DNA of 64,000 nucleotides from Leptogorgia sarmentosa (taxonomy: Eukaryota), in the NCBI GenBank assembly GCA_964658305.1, contig OZ210885.1, forward strand, positions 21,762,001 to 21,826,000, written 5' to 3'. Every line of letters starts with the position of its first letter. Within the stretch, counting starts at the first letter, position 1. Below the pieces are notes generated by a model, which had not been told where the DNA came from, ran no database searches, and was given only the letters and a program-made list of their open reading frames with translations. The position numbers and the translations under genes are program-made. Shown piece after piece: positions 12,487 to 24,203 of this stretch.

Positions 12487-15400
12487 CTTAAATATCAATA
12501 GTCTTTTAAGACATATTGATGAACTTCGACTGATGTTATCCAATTCTGAAATTGACGTTTTTGCTATAAACGAATCTAAAATTGAGAATTCAGTAAACGA
12601 TAGTGAAATAAGTATTCCAGGATATAATACTATTCGTAGAGATCGTAATAGATTTGGGGGTGGAGTTGTTGTTTATATTCGAGAGATACATTCCTTCTAT
12701 GAGCGGAAGGATTTAAGTTACGATGATCTTGAAATGATTTGTGTTGAGATTTGTAAACCACGAAGTAGGCCATTTCTCATTAGTGCATGGTACAAACCGC
12801 CCAACTCTGACATGAAATTATTTGATCTCTTTGAATTATTCCTTAGTAAATGCGATGCTGAAAGTCAGGAGTTTCTTGTTATTGGTGACAAATTGTAACA
12901 TGATTAAGTTACCAAAAGACTCCAGTACCAATAGGTTAATATTTCTGAGCACGTTATATAGTTTAGAGCAATTGATCAAGGAGCTAACTAGAGTCACAAG
13001 CACATCATCATCTTTAATTGATCTAATATTCACCAATCAACCTAGTAATATTTCCAACAGTGGTGTTATTGATTTGGGAATGTCAGATAACAGTTTAATT
13101 TTCGCGGTGAAAAAAGTGACCACGCCTAAATATAGGGAAACTCGTTCCAAAGTTAGAAATTTCAAAAAATTTAAAGAAACGGATTTTATTGAGGAGCTGT
13201 CCAGAATACCTTGGTATTTAACTACGCAGTATACGAACCCGAACGATAATTGGCAAGTCTGGAAATTTTTTTCTGGAAGCTCTTGACAGACACGCACCTT
13301 TAATCTATAAAAGCATTAAACACAATTCTGTTCCCTGAATAAATTCCAGCATTAGAGCTGCAAGAGTAATACTGGATGCTGATCGTAGAGCCTGCTCTGT
13401 GGATCTGTTTAACACGCTCGGTTGGCTGCCATTTTACATCGAGGCCCACATAAACCGTTGTACCTTAGTTTATAAATGAATAAACGGTTTAGCACCGACT
13501 TATATTAACGATCTACTTATAAGAAATTGTGATATTCATAATAGGAACACTAGGTACTCGAAACTAAATTTAAATTGCCCAAGATACAAAAGAGAGACTG
13601 AAGGGGGGCGTACGTTTACTCTTAAGACTATCAAGGCTTGGAACAGTATTACCAGTGACTTAAAGAAAAGTCATAGTCCAAGTATTTTTAAAAGAAACTT
13701 CTTTAAATACATTTTAACAAAGCAGCGAGAGACGCTTACTTTTGAATCTTTTTTAGCTCTTTGACTTATTCTATCCTAAATATCCTTAATATAATGTAAA
13801 TATAACATGAGTATAATTACCTACTAAATGTAAATAGTCTTAGCATTGTCTATTCAGTATAGTTCACTGGGTGTATATTTTGTAATTAGGAATATGGAGG
13901 GCCACAGGTTTATCATTTTTATTAATGTCAAGTGTTACCCTCTTGAAATAAAGTCTCTAATCTAATCTAATTAAAAAACTAATAAGATCTAGAGATTATC
14001 ACAAAAAGCAAGCAAAGAAATATAATTCCCAGGTTCACTGGGATAAATATAAATCGGAGAGAAATAAAGTTACCTCGGAAATGAAAAGAGCCAAAACTGT
14101 CTATTATCAAACAAGAATTAAGGGATTTTCCCTAGCTAAAGGCATTAAAAAAACATGGTCACTAATAAACACCCTATTGGGCAGGGGTGGGAAATTATCT
14201 AATATTGCAGAAATTAATATTAATTAAATATAATGATCGCAAGCAAATAGCTGAGCACTTAAATGACTATTGACGCTGAATCTAAATGTCTATCGGATTA
14301 TGAAGATCTGCATTGTAATTCAACTAATGCAAATTCAAAATTCTATTTTCAAACAATTACTGAAACTAATATTCTAAAAAACCTGAAAAATCTAAAAGTA
14401 TCCAAGGCTACTGGGGTTGATGGGATACCAGCTAAAATGCTGAAATTATCTTGCAATATCATTGCCCCATCCTTGACCTGTATATTTAATCTTTCAATTT
14501 CTACTGGCGTATATGTTGATGATTGGAAAAGAGCTAGGGTAATACCTGTTTATAAAACAGAAGATAGAACGAAATGTGAGAACTATCGCCCGATATCTTT
14601 TCTTTCGATTATAAGTAAAAAATTTGAGAAAGAAGTATTTGGACAGCTCTATCAATATCTGATAGACAATTCTCTACTTTCATGTTTTCAATAGAAATAA
14701 TAGAAATGAGTGACAATTGGTTTGAAAATATGGATAATGGAGAAATAATTGGATTAATTTCAGTTGATATTAGGAAAGCCTTTGACTCCATTGATCATAA
14801 AATCCTATTAAGGAAGATGCAAGACCAGTTTGGTGTTCAAGATTTTGAACTAAAAAGGTTCCAATCCTATTTGACGAAACGAAGCCAAGTTTGCGTCGTT
14901 GAAGGTCATAAATCTTTGCCTAAGGAAATTGTATGTGGAGTTCCACAGGGATCTATCTTGGGGCCCCTCATGTTGTTATTATAATATAAATGATTTGCCA
15001 GAATGTCTGAAAAACACAACTCCTGGCATGTATGAGGACGATACTCAAATATATGCATCTTCCGCAAGTTTCTCCGAACTAGTAACAAAACTTAATCAGG
15101 ATTTAGAAAATGTAGTCAAATGGCTCTCTCAAAATAAATTGCAACTTCACTCAGAAAAGACAAAAGCAATGTTCATAGGATAACCCTATAACTTAAAAAA
15201 CAAAGTTGGCAAAGAACAAGTTATGATAAATGATACACCGGTTACTCGGTATTCCTCTTTTTCATGTTTGGGAGTAGAATTAGATGAAAGAATGAGCTGG
15301 GAAAACCATATAGACACAATATGTAAGAAAGTTGCCTCCGGTATTGGAATCATCAAAAGAGTAAAACCGTTTGTACCATCTGAAACACTACACAATTTAT

Positions 15401-15849
15401 ATAATTCTCTCGTTCTCCCATATTTTGATTAATGTTCACCTTTATGGGATAATTGTGGAAGCATGCTCAAAGAGAAATTACAAAAACTACAAAACAGGGC
15501 GGCAAGAATTATGACAGGTGCCAATTACAATGTCCGGTCAGCAGACTTGCTTCGTGGTATGTCATGGAAAAATCTGAACGACAGGCATAAAATGAATAAA
15601 TCCGTCTTGATGTTTAAAATATTAAACAACCACTCGGCTCCAAACTTAAAGAATAAATTTATAGCAAGGGACACAAATCTTAGGAACTATAATCTCAGAA
15701 ATGCTGATGTAAATCTTTCAGTTCCAAAACCACGTACTGATTATTTAAAAGAGAGTCTTGGATATAGTGGGGCTGTGCTATGGAATAGTTTACCAACGCA
15801 CACTAAGCGAACAGAGTCTTTAAATGTCTTCAAAAATTTGATAAAATAA
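12487..15849 (+). pseudogene. LINE A ORF2 (APE endonuclease + reverse transcriptase), degenerate
   Basis: AINESK, YKPP, IGD, SSLIDL, GMSD; NYRPIS, DIRKAFDSIDH, GVPQGSILGP, YEDD (from YADD), LQNRAARI. Confidence 0.9.
13355..13969 (+). mobile_element. 5'-truncated CR1/L2-type LINE 3' end with (CTAAT)n tail inserted in LINE A
   Basis: Encodes RAARVIL..LGWLP..HNRNTR; AATAAA then CTAATCTAATCTAAT; ATTA at both junctions; removal restores INSSIKKLIRSRD. Confidence 0.8.
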
Positions 15850-16261
15850 TGTTTGCAACAGAGTCAGACATCGATTAGTCTTGGTTTTAATTTTTTTATT
15901 GCATGTATCAGTAACTCATATTTAATTTATGTAATTTATATAAGTTTTTAGAATGTAATTTGTGTGACGCCCCTCATGAAAATCATCCACGGGTGATGAG
16001 GGAAGCGTGGTTAAATAAAGTTTTACTATAACTATACCGCCAGAAAAAGCATCCTACTTTGATAGTGATATTTTCGAAGAATTAGAAAATGATATAACAT
16101 ACTTTAATGCAAAAGGGAATACAATGATACTAGGTGATTTCAATGGAAGAACCCACACACTGGAAAATTTTGCTTCCAAAGATGGAAATAGTTTCATTAA
16201 TGATATGAGTGACATCAGCTTACATGCAAAAATCAGGAAAAACTTTGATACCACCATTAAC

Positions 16262-16505
16262 TACCGTGGCCCAGAAGTGCAAAACACAAAATGAACAAAG
16301 CAAAAAACAATTCGTAGTTTTTAATAATTTTTGCATTATTTTGATACATTTTAAACAATCACGGAACGCATTTCACCGTTTTATGGCACATTCGTTTTTC
16401 ACATAACACATTTACAGTTCATAAAACGCATTTAAAAACATAAAACACATTTGCAATCGCAAAACACATTTAGAAACACCAAACACATTTGGAATCGCAA
16501 AACAC
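16262..16505 (+). repeat. IS3EU #1 left TIR with internal AAACACATTT sub-repeats
   Basis: Inverted copy at ~33412-33657. Confidence 0.85.
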
Positions 16506-16635
16506 TGACATGCCCTCACTGTAGACTACATGAAGTATCTCATATGGAACTGGATTTCAAAATGGCAACGGATTAGAAAACAGAATATCAGCCAATCAGT
16601 ACAAAATGCAAATGGTCTTTTAGTCAAAGGAATCA

Positions 16636-17603
16636 ATGAAGTGTAAGAAATGCCATTCAGATGTTTTGGAATCATTTCGATTCTGTCATCAGTGTGGTGA
16701 CATGCTTATCGTTGAATCTTCGTCAAGATTTGGAAGTAAAGAACACAGAACTGAGGCATGTGTTTCAGGACTGTCTTTCTTAACACCCTCTTCCATGCCA
16801 CAAAATGGGACAATGCAAGCCCAAAGTATTGAATCGTTCAGTGAATTTCGGAAAAGGAAATCCGATGAAAGAGTGCAACATGAAACGTCAAAAAAGGGGA
16901 AAAGTATAAAGAGTAAGGCAAAAGTAAAAGAAGTTTGTATTGGAATTGGTTTATTGACTTTGGTCAAGGGAGAATTAAAGCCAGTGAAGGGTAAAGTGAA
17001 GATGGTTCGTGTTTCTACAACAATTCGAAAGCTTGACCTTTTGAAGCTGGCATATGAAAAACACTCTGCACATGACCGTACATTTGACAAACATGCAGAT
17101 TACACACTTACGTTGCCTGATCATCCCAATCGCATTTTTCAGCTAGATGAATATCAACAAGAGGTTGGTAAAGCTTATAACTGTATAACCCTTTTTTTGT
17201 TGAAACAAAGTGACCAAGAAAGATATAACCATCTTCAACAAAGTGATAGTGACTCTGATAGTGATAAGGAGGACACTGTCAGACAGATGACTATTACAGA
17301 ATCATTTGCTCCAGTTACCGACTTCAGTAATGGAACAACCATGCAAGCTACTGCTGACCTACCAATAGCAGAAGCAGCAACCATTGTTTCCAAAAGTAAT
17401 GAAAATTTACCTGAAACAAGTCTTTCATTACAAGAAAGGGTAACTGCTCTTGATAAAAGCAGTGCAATAAAAACAATGAGAGAAATGTTCCCCAATCATG
17501 ATGAGAGTAGGTTACAACAAGCACTTACATTAACAGAATCTTTAGAGGAAGCAATAAACATTGTTGTGGAGAAAGATGACATGTTGCTAAACAACATGTA
17601 TGG
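16636..17603 (+). pseudogene. IS3EU #1 cargo gene, 5' part: Zn ribbon, possible ubiquitin-like domain, CUE-like domain
   Basis: CKKC..FCHQCG; IKTMREMFPNHDESRLQQAL..SLEEAINIV (MFP motif); joins in frame to 31258 after BEL removal (NMYG-SLIREE). Confidence 0.7.
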
Positions 17604-18017
17604 TGGTTCGTTGAATCGACAATACTCGTTAAACGCCACACGACTGGATATTGGTTTATCGTATTTATTGTGACAAATGTGCGCAATGGTATATAATTCG
17701 ACCTAAATATTGATATAAATTATGTGAGATTATTAGCTAGATTATAAACGAAATGCATGCAATTACTTATACGTATTCTCCTTACTTCTGTGCCAATATC
17801 CTCGTGTTAAGTCCCATTAAACAGACATTCTACAGGTTAGCATAAACTAAGATGCTCAGGTTAGCAGTTAAACTTTGCGACTGTGATGTGCTCTGGTGTC
17901 TCTACTGTAATGTGATAGCCTAATCATAAAGTGTCAATCAACGTGAATCAATCGTGGCAAATCAACAATAATTAATATGGTGCAAGTGTTATATATAGGT
18001 AAGCGTTCAACGCAACA
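17604..18017 (-). repeat. BEL 3' LTR (414 bp)
   Basis: Matches the split copy starting at 23383, which lacks a 24-bp block between ACTGT repeats. Confidence 0.9.
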
Positions 18018-18044
18018 TCCTCGCCCCCCAATAAGGCGTGGTCC

Positions 18045-21000
18045 TTATTCTTCATCTTTGTCTTCATCCACTGGTACGATAACTACGATCTTTGTGACTG
18101 GCTGGGTATATTGTCCACACAACGTTTTGATTTTGACGTTTCTCATTTTCCCATCTTGTCCAGGAAATGTCTCTACGATTCGACCAATGGTCCACTTTCC
18201 TCTGACTGCGTTTTCATTGACATACGTTAGCACGTCGTTGACTTTCACATCACATCGTTGCGTGTGCCATTTTTTCCTCAGGACCAGTGAAGGAAAAACA
18301 TCTCTGCTCCACTTTCTCCAAAATGAGTCCACCAGTTTTTGAACAAATTCGACTCTGTGTCTTGGGTCCTTGTGGAACTTCTGACGTTGCGCGGCCAAGC
18401 AATATGTTGTTTGGACTGATGCACGTTCCATCATCAGGATCATTCGGTACTCTGCCAATGGGTCTTGAATTCACCAAATTTGCAACTTCAAACAAATATG
18501 TGTACAGTTCAAACGGTGATAGCACTTGATTCCCGATAGCTTTCTTTAACGCTTTCTTGCATGTTTTCACCAAAGCTTCTGCGCATCCGTTATGGTGAGG
18601 AGCCTTCGGGGTGGTAAATCTCCACTTCATGCCCTTTTCTGCACAGAATTCATGCAATTCATCCAATTTCCAACCTTTAACCATCTCTTTCAATTCTTTT
18701 TCTGCGCCTACGAACTGTGTGCCATTGTCGCTGATCATAACTGTCGGAGTTCCACGGATTGCAAAGAATCTGCGGAGAACTTGTAGAAATTCCATTGTCG
18801 AGCAATCGATAGCTAACTCGAGATGGACCGCTCGGGTATTCAGGCAGGTGAACAGTACGCCATAATTCTTTGCTGTTTTGTTTCTGCCAACTTTGACGAC
18901 GATCGGACCGAAGTAATCACAAGCGGTGTGGTGAAAGGGCGGGGTAAATGGTGTCAAACGGATATCCGGGAGATCTGCCATGAACTGAGTTTCCAAGTTC
19001 TGAGCCATTCTTTTGCAGAATACGCATTTGAATTTGACTGATTTTGCCAGGTCGTTCGCCTTCACGATCCAGTACTTTCTTCGCGTCTTAGCTGTTGTTG
19101 CAGCTACACTGTTGTGGCCGAATTGATGTGCTTGTTGCACGATCAACAGTGATATTCAGTGTGAACTGGGCAACAGGACGGGATGCTTCGTATCATAGGA
19201 CACGTCTGCTTTCAATACTCTTCCACCAACTCTTAGTACGTCATTCTCGTCTCGAAACGGGGTCAACGATTTAAATTCTCCTTTTGCTACACGATCAGTG
19301 AGACTTTTCTGTGCTTCTTTGATCCAGAACAACTCCGATTGTTGCAATTCCTGCGGTGATAAAGATCTCTCGTTGGGGCTTTTATCATTTTTCCTCTTTC
19401 TACAATTTTGGATGTATCTTTTCACATACGCCGTGACTCTGATCAGTCTTCGCCAACTTGAAAATTTCTTTATATTCATTACTTCTTCAGCTTCCGTAGA
19501 TGCCACTACGTTTAGGACGATCTTTACTTTACGATTCTCCAACTCTATTTCGCGTTCTTCATCTTCGTTGGATATTTCTTCGGGCCACTGGTTTTCTGGT
19601 GATTGTAAGAATGCGGGACCGTGCTCCCATTGACCGTTTAACTCTGAAGCTGCTACACCACGGGAAACATCATCAGCTACATTCAGGTCACCATTGATAT
19701 GTCTCCATTCAGCAGAGTTGGAATTACTCTGTATTTCACCTACTCTTGATGATACGAACGGTTTGTAGCTTCGCGCGTGACTCCGAATCCATGCCAATAC
19801 GATCTGACTGTCGATAAAGTAGATGATTCTATTGAACACAAATCTTGATTCTTCCAGAATACTCTTTCCCAAGCGTGATGCTAGGACTGCTGACTGTAGC
19901 TCTAACCGTGGAATTGTCAGTTCCTTTAATGGTGCCACCCTTGACTTCGCAGCAATAAATCTGGATTCGAATTTGCCGTTGCTAAGTTGCCATCGAATGT
20001 AGGCACAAGTACCAAAGGCTTTTCTTGAGGCATCTGCGAAAACACATAACGTTGGCGCTCCAATAGCTGCCTCAGGTGTCAAACAACGCGGAAAATCGGT
20101 TGCATTCAAGTGTTCTAGTTCCTTGAAAAATTCAGACCATTTTTTTTGGGTTTCTTCTGGCAATTCCTGATCCCATTCTTGACCCATCATCCACAATTCT
20201 TGAATTCCTATCTTTGCTCGAATGAGGAACGCTGCCGCGAATCCAATTGGGTCGTAAATTCTTGCAATTCGGCTCAGGATTGTTCTTTTGGTTAGCGGTA
20301 GTCTTGCTGGTTTCGATTCATCATTTTCGTTCTTTTTGTTGCATAGGTCACCTTTCCCTTGTACGAGAACTTGTCAACTTTATGTTTCCATTCCAATCCA
20401 AGCACTTTCTCTTTGCCATCACCTTCGAGCATTTTCATTGCCGTTTCCTCTTTACTGTCCTTGTGATCCAGGACCTTGTTAGATATCCATTCTTTAATGC
20501 GGGATCCTCCTGTTTCCAAAATCTTATCAATGTCCTCAGTTCGCCTTTTAGCTTCGTTTACACTGTCTAGTGAATCACACAGGTCGTCCATGTAAGAGTT
20601 TGCTTTAATTGCTTTAGCAGCGTCCGGATATAATTCTTGGTTGTCTTCAGCTGTTTTGTGCAGCGCAATCTGGGCCATAACCGGTGCCGGCTTATCTCCG
20701 AACGTCAACACTGTCTTCACATAAGTATCTGGATCTCGTTCTGTTTCGAGGTCTCGCCATAAATACCGATGAACGTGTTCGTCTTCAAGTGGGATACGAA
20801 CGCGATGGTACATCTTCGAAATGTCACCACTAACAGCAACTTCTCTCTCTCGAAAACGTAGAACAACTCCAAACAAACTATTTAGCAAGTCAGGACCCTT
20901 TTTCCAATAATCATTCAATTTGCTCCCTTAGTATGTTGCTGACGAATTAAAGACGATTCGGACTGGTGTACTTTTCTTTTCTGGTCTTATGACTGCGTGG

Positions 21001-23326
21001 TGTGATATATAATGCACAGGACCTTCGTACTTTTCAAGCTCTTCTTCCGTTAATTTACGCGAAAATTTCATCTCCTCCATTTCAACCATCTGTTTCTGGT
21101 ATGCTTTGGCTTGGTCCGGGCTGTTTGACAGACGGCGTTCGGTCGATTCAAGTCGCTTCAAAGCTTGATTTCTGTTGTCAGGTAACGATCTCAGGTCCTT
21201 TTTCCAGGGATACGGGATCATCCACTGATTGCCAATCTTCTGGGCCGAATTTTCGATCAATGTCTTTTCTTCTCGTTCTACCTGACTGAGTTTATCTGCT
21301 TCGCAGATACACGGTTTGATAAGAACCCCCATGCTTTCAGTTTTCCAGAACTCTGATATGTCGACAGGTGCAGTATACTTTACGTGGAGGACTCTAGTCG
21401 ATTCTCTTGTCGTTGCAGCTCCAGATTTGTTGCCAAACACGACCCATCCTAACGGGGATTTTCTTGCAACAATGTGATCCTTTTGCTTTGTTGTGCCAGT
21501 ATGTAGCTGTGCGTGATCAATTCCGATCAGGAGATCAATTGGACCTTTCTTTCTTCTTATCTTTTCTTCAGACATACCAAGTTGTTCCATAATGCTGACT
21601 GTATCAATGTTACCACTCTCGCTGCTAATTACTGGGATTCCAATCGCCTTCACGGAATACGTTCTTCAATCACCAATTGCACTGATTGGGACGTTGTAAA
21701 CTTTAGTATTTATCTCTTCTTCTTGCCCACCAACTTTCGTTATGGTCACCGAGACTTCCTTTCCTTTGAGCCCGAGGCTATCTGCAGTTTCTTGCCTGAT
21801 TAAACTCACTTGAGCCCCAGAATCGAACAGTACATTCCCGCGTTTACGAATATGATTGGGACCAAATATTTCTGCTGAAGTAACAGGAAGCATTGCTTCT
21901 TCATTCTCGTGTAAAGACGCGACACCAATATTGACGGCGTTGTTCTTATGTAGCAATGGGTGATGGTAATGACTGCATTGTATTCCCCTTTCTGTCTTCG
22001 TGCACTGACGTCTTCTTTTGCAGTTTGCTTGTTTGTGCTCTTGCCCCGCTCTTTTTAGGCAGCTAAAACACACATGGTTGGATTTCGCATGTTTTATTCT
22101 CTCATCAACGCTCATGGAACCAAACTTCGTGCATTGATCAGGCCAGTGTGTCGATTCGTTGCATAACCAGCACTTATGCCGTTCTTTCTGATCTTTCTCA
22201 TAGGCAAAATGATTCACGTTTCGACAACTAGATCCGCACTTCTTATCGGTGCTGTAGCTCTCATCCTTGATTTCATTTCAACCGTCATCCACTCCATCAA
22301 GGCGCTAAACGTTGCAGGTTTTCCTTCCTTTTCTAAATCTCTTGACCATATCTTTCGATCACTAGGACACATCTTTCTTTCAATCACTGACAACATGTGG
22401 CTATTATCCATGTCCCTTGGTACACCCACTTCTTTTAATGTATTGTAGGACCGTTTTACTAGATGCACAAGGTCACAGAAGCGCGCATCCTCTTCTTCTT
22501 GTAAAGCCTTAAATTGAGCAATATCCTGCGTTATCGTGTCAGATACATGTCTTACGTCAACATAAATGGAGTCCAAATACTGCCATGCTGCGTCGTAATC
22601 TGACCCAATACCTTGAATCAATTCTAGGGGTTTAACCTTTAGACACGTCCGTAACAGAGTTATCGCGTCCCGTTTGCTGTATCTCGATTCAATTGTGTGT
22701 TTGAAGTCAGCCCGAAAGATTACATATTCCCTCACATCACCTGAAAACTTGGGTAGCTTTGGCTTTTCCAACTGAAAACCACACGATTGTTCACTATTTA
22801 TCGCTTTTGTACTAGCATTCGTCGTTTCCAGAATGTTCGTAGTTCCAATTTGTGCATTCGACACATCGTTTTGCGCAATTTCGCCCGTGCCTGTTGTAAT
22901 TGCCTCTGGCATCGCAATACCCATGTTTTGCGCCAAGCTGTCAACTTCTTCCGGTGCGCTTTCGTTTTGCATTCCGATCATTCCTTGTGGCTGGTGCAAT
23001 TCTGTTCTAGAGTTTTCAGCATCCACGCTGTCCATGTAGGTCTTGACTCGTAAATCGATTCCCAAGAAGTATGCTTGACACTCAGCTAGCCATTTTTCTT
23101 CCTTCTCGAACTTGTCATCGTCTGTAATTAGGGTTGTAAATTCTTCATGCTTCAAGACAAGCAAATCAAAGGCTTTATTTAGCTTCAAAAGTGAATTACG
23201 CACCTCGTTCTGTGGTCTTTCGTTGCCAATTTCATGTTCTACGGTGTTTCCAATACGTGTAAGAGCAGCTTTTGCTGTGCGCCGACCAATTTTCACCTTC
23301 GTAAACTCCTCAGTAATCTCCGTCAT
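18045..23326 (-). pseudogene. BEL/Pao gag-pol (DUF1759-like Gag, Cys/His knuckles, protease, RT, Pao RNase H, integrase), several stops and frameshifts
   Basis: LPKFSGD; CWLC..H..C, CFSC..H..C; LFDSGAQ; LLIGID; GPDLLN, DISKMY, YMDD; FADAS, TIPRLEL; DYFGP, ISDNGTQF, GCAEALVK. Confidence 0.92.
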
Positions 23327-23382
23327 TGCTCATATGTATCGCCAATTCCACTCGCCAACCGAGAACAAGAAATCGAATGCTA

Positions 23383-23723
23383 TGGTTCGTTGAATCGACA
23401 ATACTCGTTAAACGCCACACGACTGGATATTGGTTTATCGTATTTATTGTGACAAATGTGCGCAATGGTATAAAATTCGATCTAAATATTGATATAAATT
23501 ATGTGAGATTATTAGCTAGATTATAAACGAAATGCATGCAATTACTTATACGTATTCTCCTTACTTCTGTGCCAATATCCTCGTGTTAAGTCCCATTAAA
23601 CAGACATTCTACAGGTTAGCATAACTAAGATGCTCAGGTTAGCAGTTAAACTTTGCGACTGTAATGTGATAGCCTAATGATAAAGTGTCAATCAATGTGA
23701 ATCAATGGTAGTAAATCAACAAT
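23383..23723 (-). repeat. BEL 5' LTR, major piece (rest at ~31204-31252)
   Basis: Near-identical to 17604-~17970. Confidence 0.9.
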
Positions 23724-23932
23724 TAATGGACCAAGTACTTTTTGAAATAGAAAGTATCAGCTACTGAGAACACACACAGAAACGACACAAATTTGGTGTG
23801 GGTGAAATGAGTCATGGGGATGAAGTACTCCTGTATTACAATAACAAGATATTATACACGTATTCATAGGCTCATAGACATTTTGGTTAAGGAACCCAGC
23901 GGGGCGCACATAGGCCCGCTAGGAGACTAGAA

Positions 23933-24037
23933 GCCATAGGGGTTAAGATCCCCATCCGGCAATGTTAGGGGGGTTAAGATCCCCCCTAACATTAACCTGT
24001 CCAAGGGGTTAAGATCCCCTTGGACAGTTCCTAGGAA
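23933..24037. other. Cluster of three hairpins sharing a GGGG-TTAAGAT-CCCC cap, in the 3' non-coding region of the YR element
   Basis: 23933-23960 (imperfect), 23961-23993 (13-bp perfect stem), 23997-24027 (12-bp perfect stem), then palindrome TTCCTAGGAA. Confidence 0.85.
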
Positions 24038-24203
24038 TTAATTACATTAAATAATTGAGTCTATGGCCTGAAAGTGATCATTGGGAGCACTTCAACCCCA
24101 CAAATACACGGAAAGTGTATTCCCCATAGACGAACCCACCTTTTTTGGTTGTAAAATGTTTGGTTGTAATTTTTTTCTTTTTCTTTTTTCGTTACAATAT
24201 TTT

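Larger units (their letters stand above)
5446..16036 (+). mobile_element. CR1/L2-group LINE A, 5'-truncated, split by Academ #2 and a LINE fragment
   Basis: ORF1 tail, then ORF2 EN-RT; removing 5806-12486 restores GLKIASLNINSLLRHIDELR; 3' AATAAA and (ACTATA)2 tail at 16025-16036. Confidence 0.85.

Noticed and set aside
23723..24200. Hammerhead ribozyme in the structured region
   Set aside because: No CUGAnGA plus GAAA core in the correct stem context on either strand by eye.
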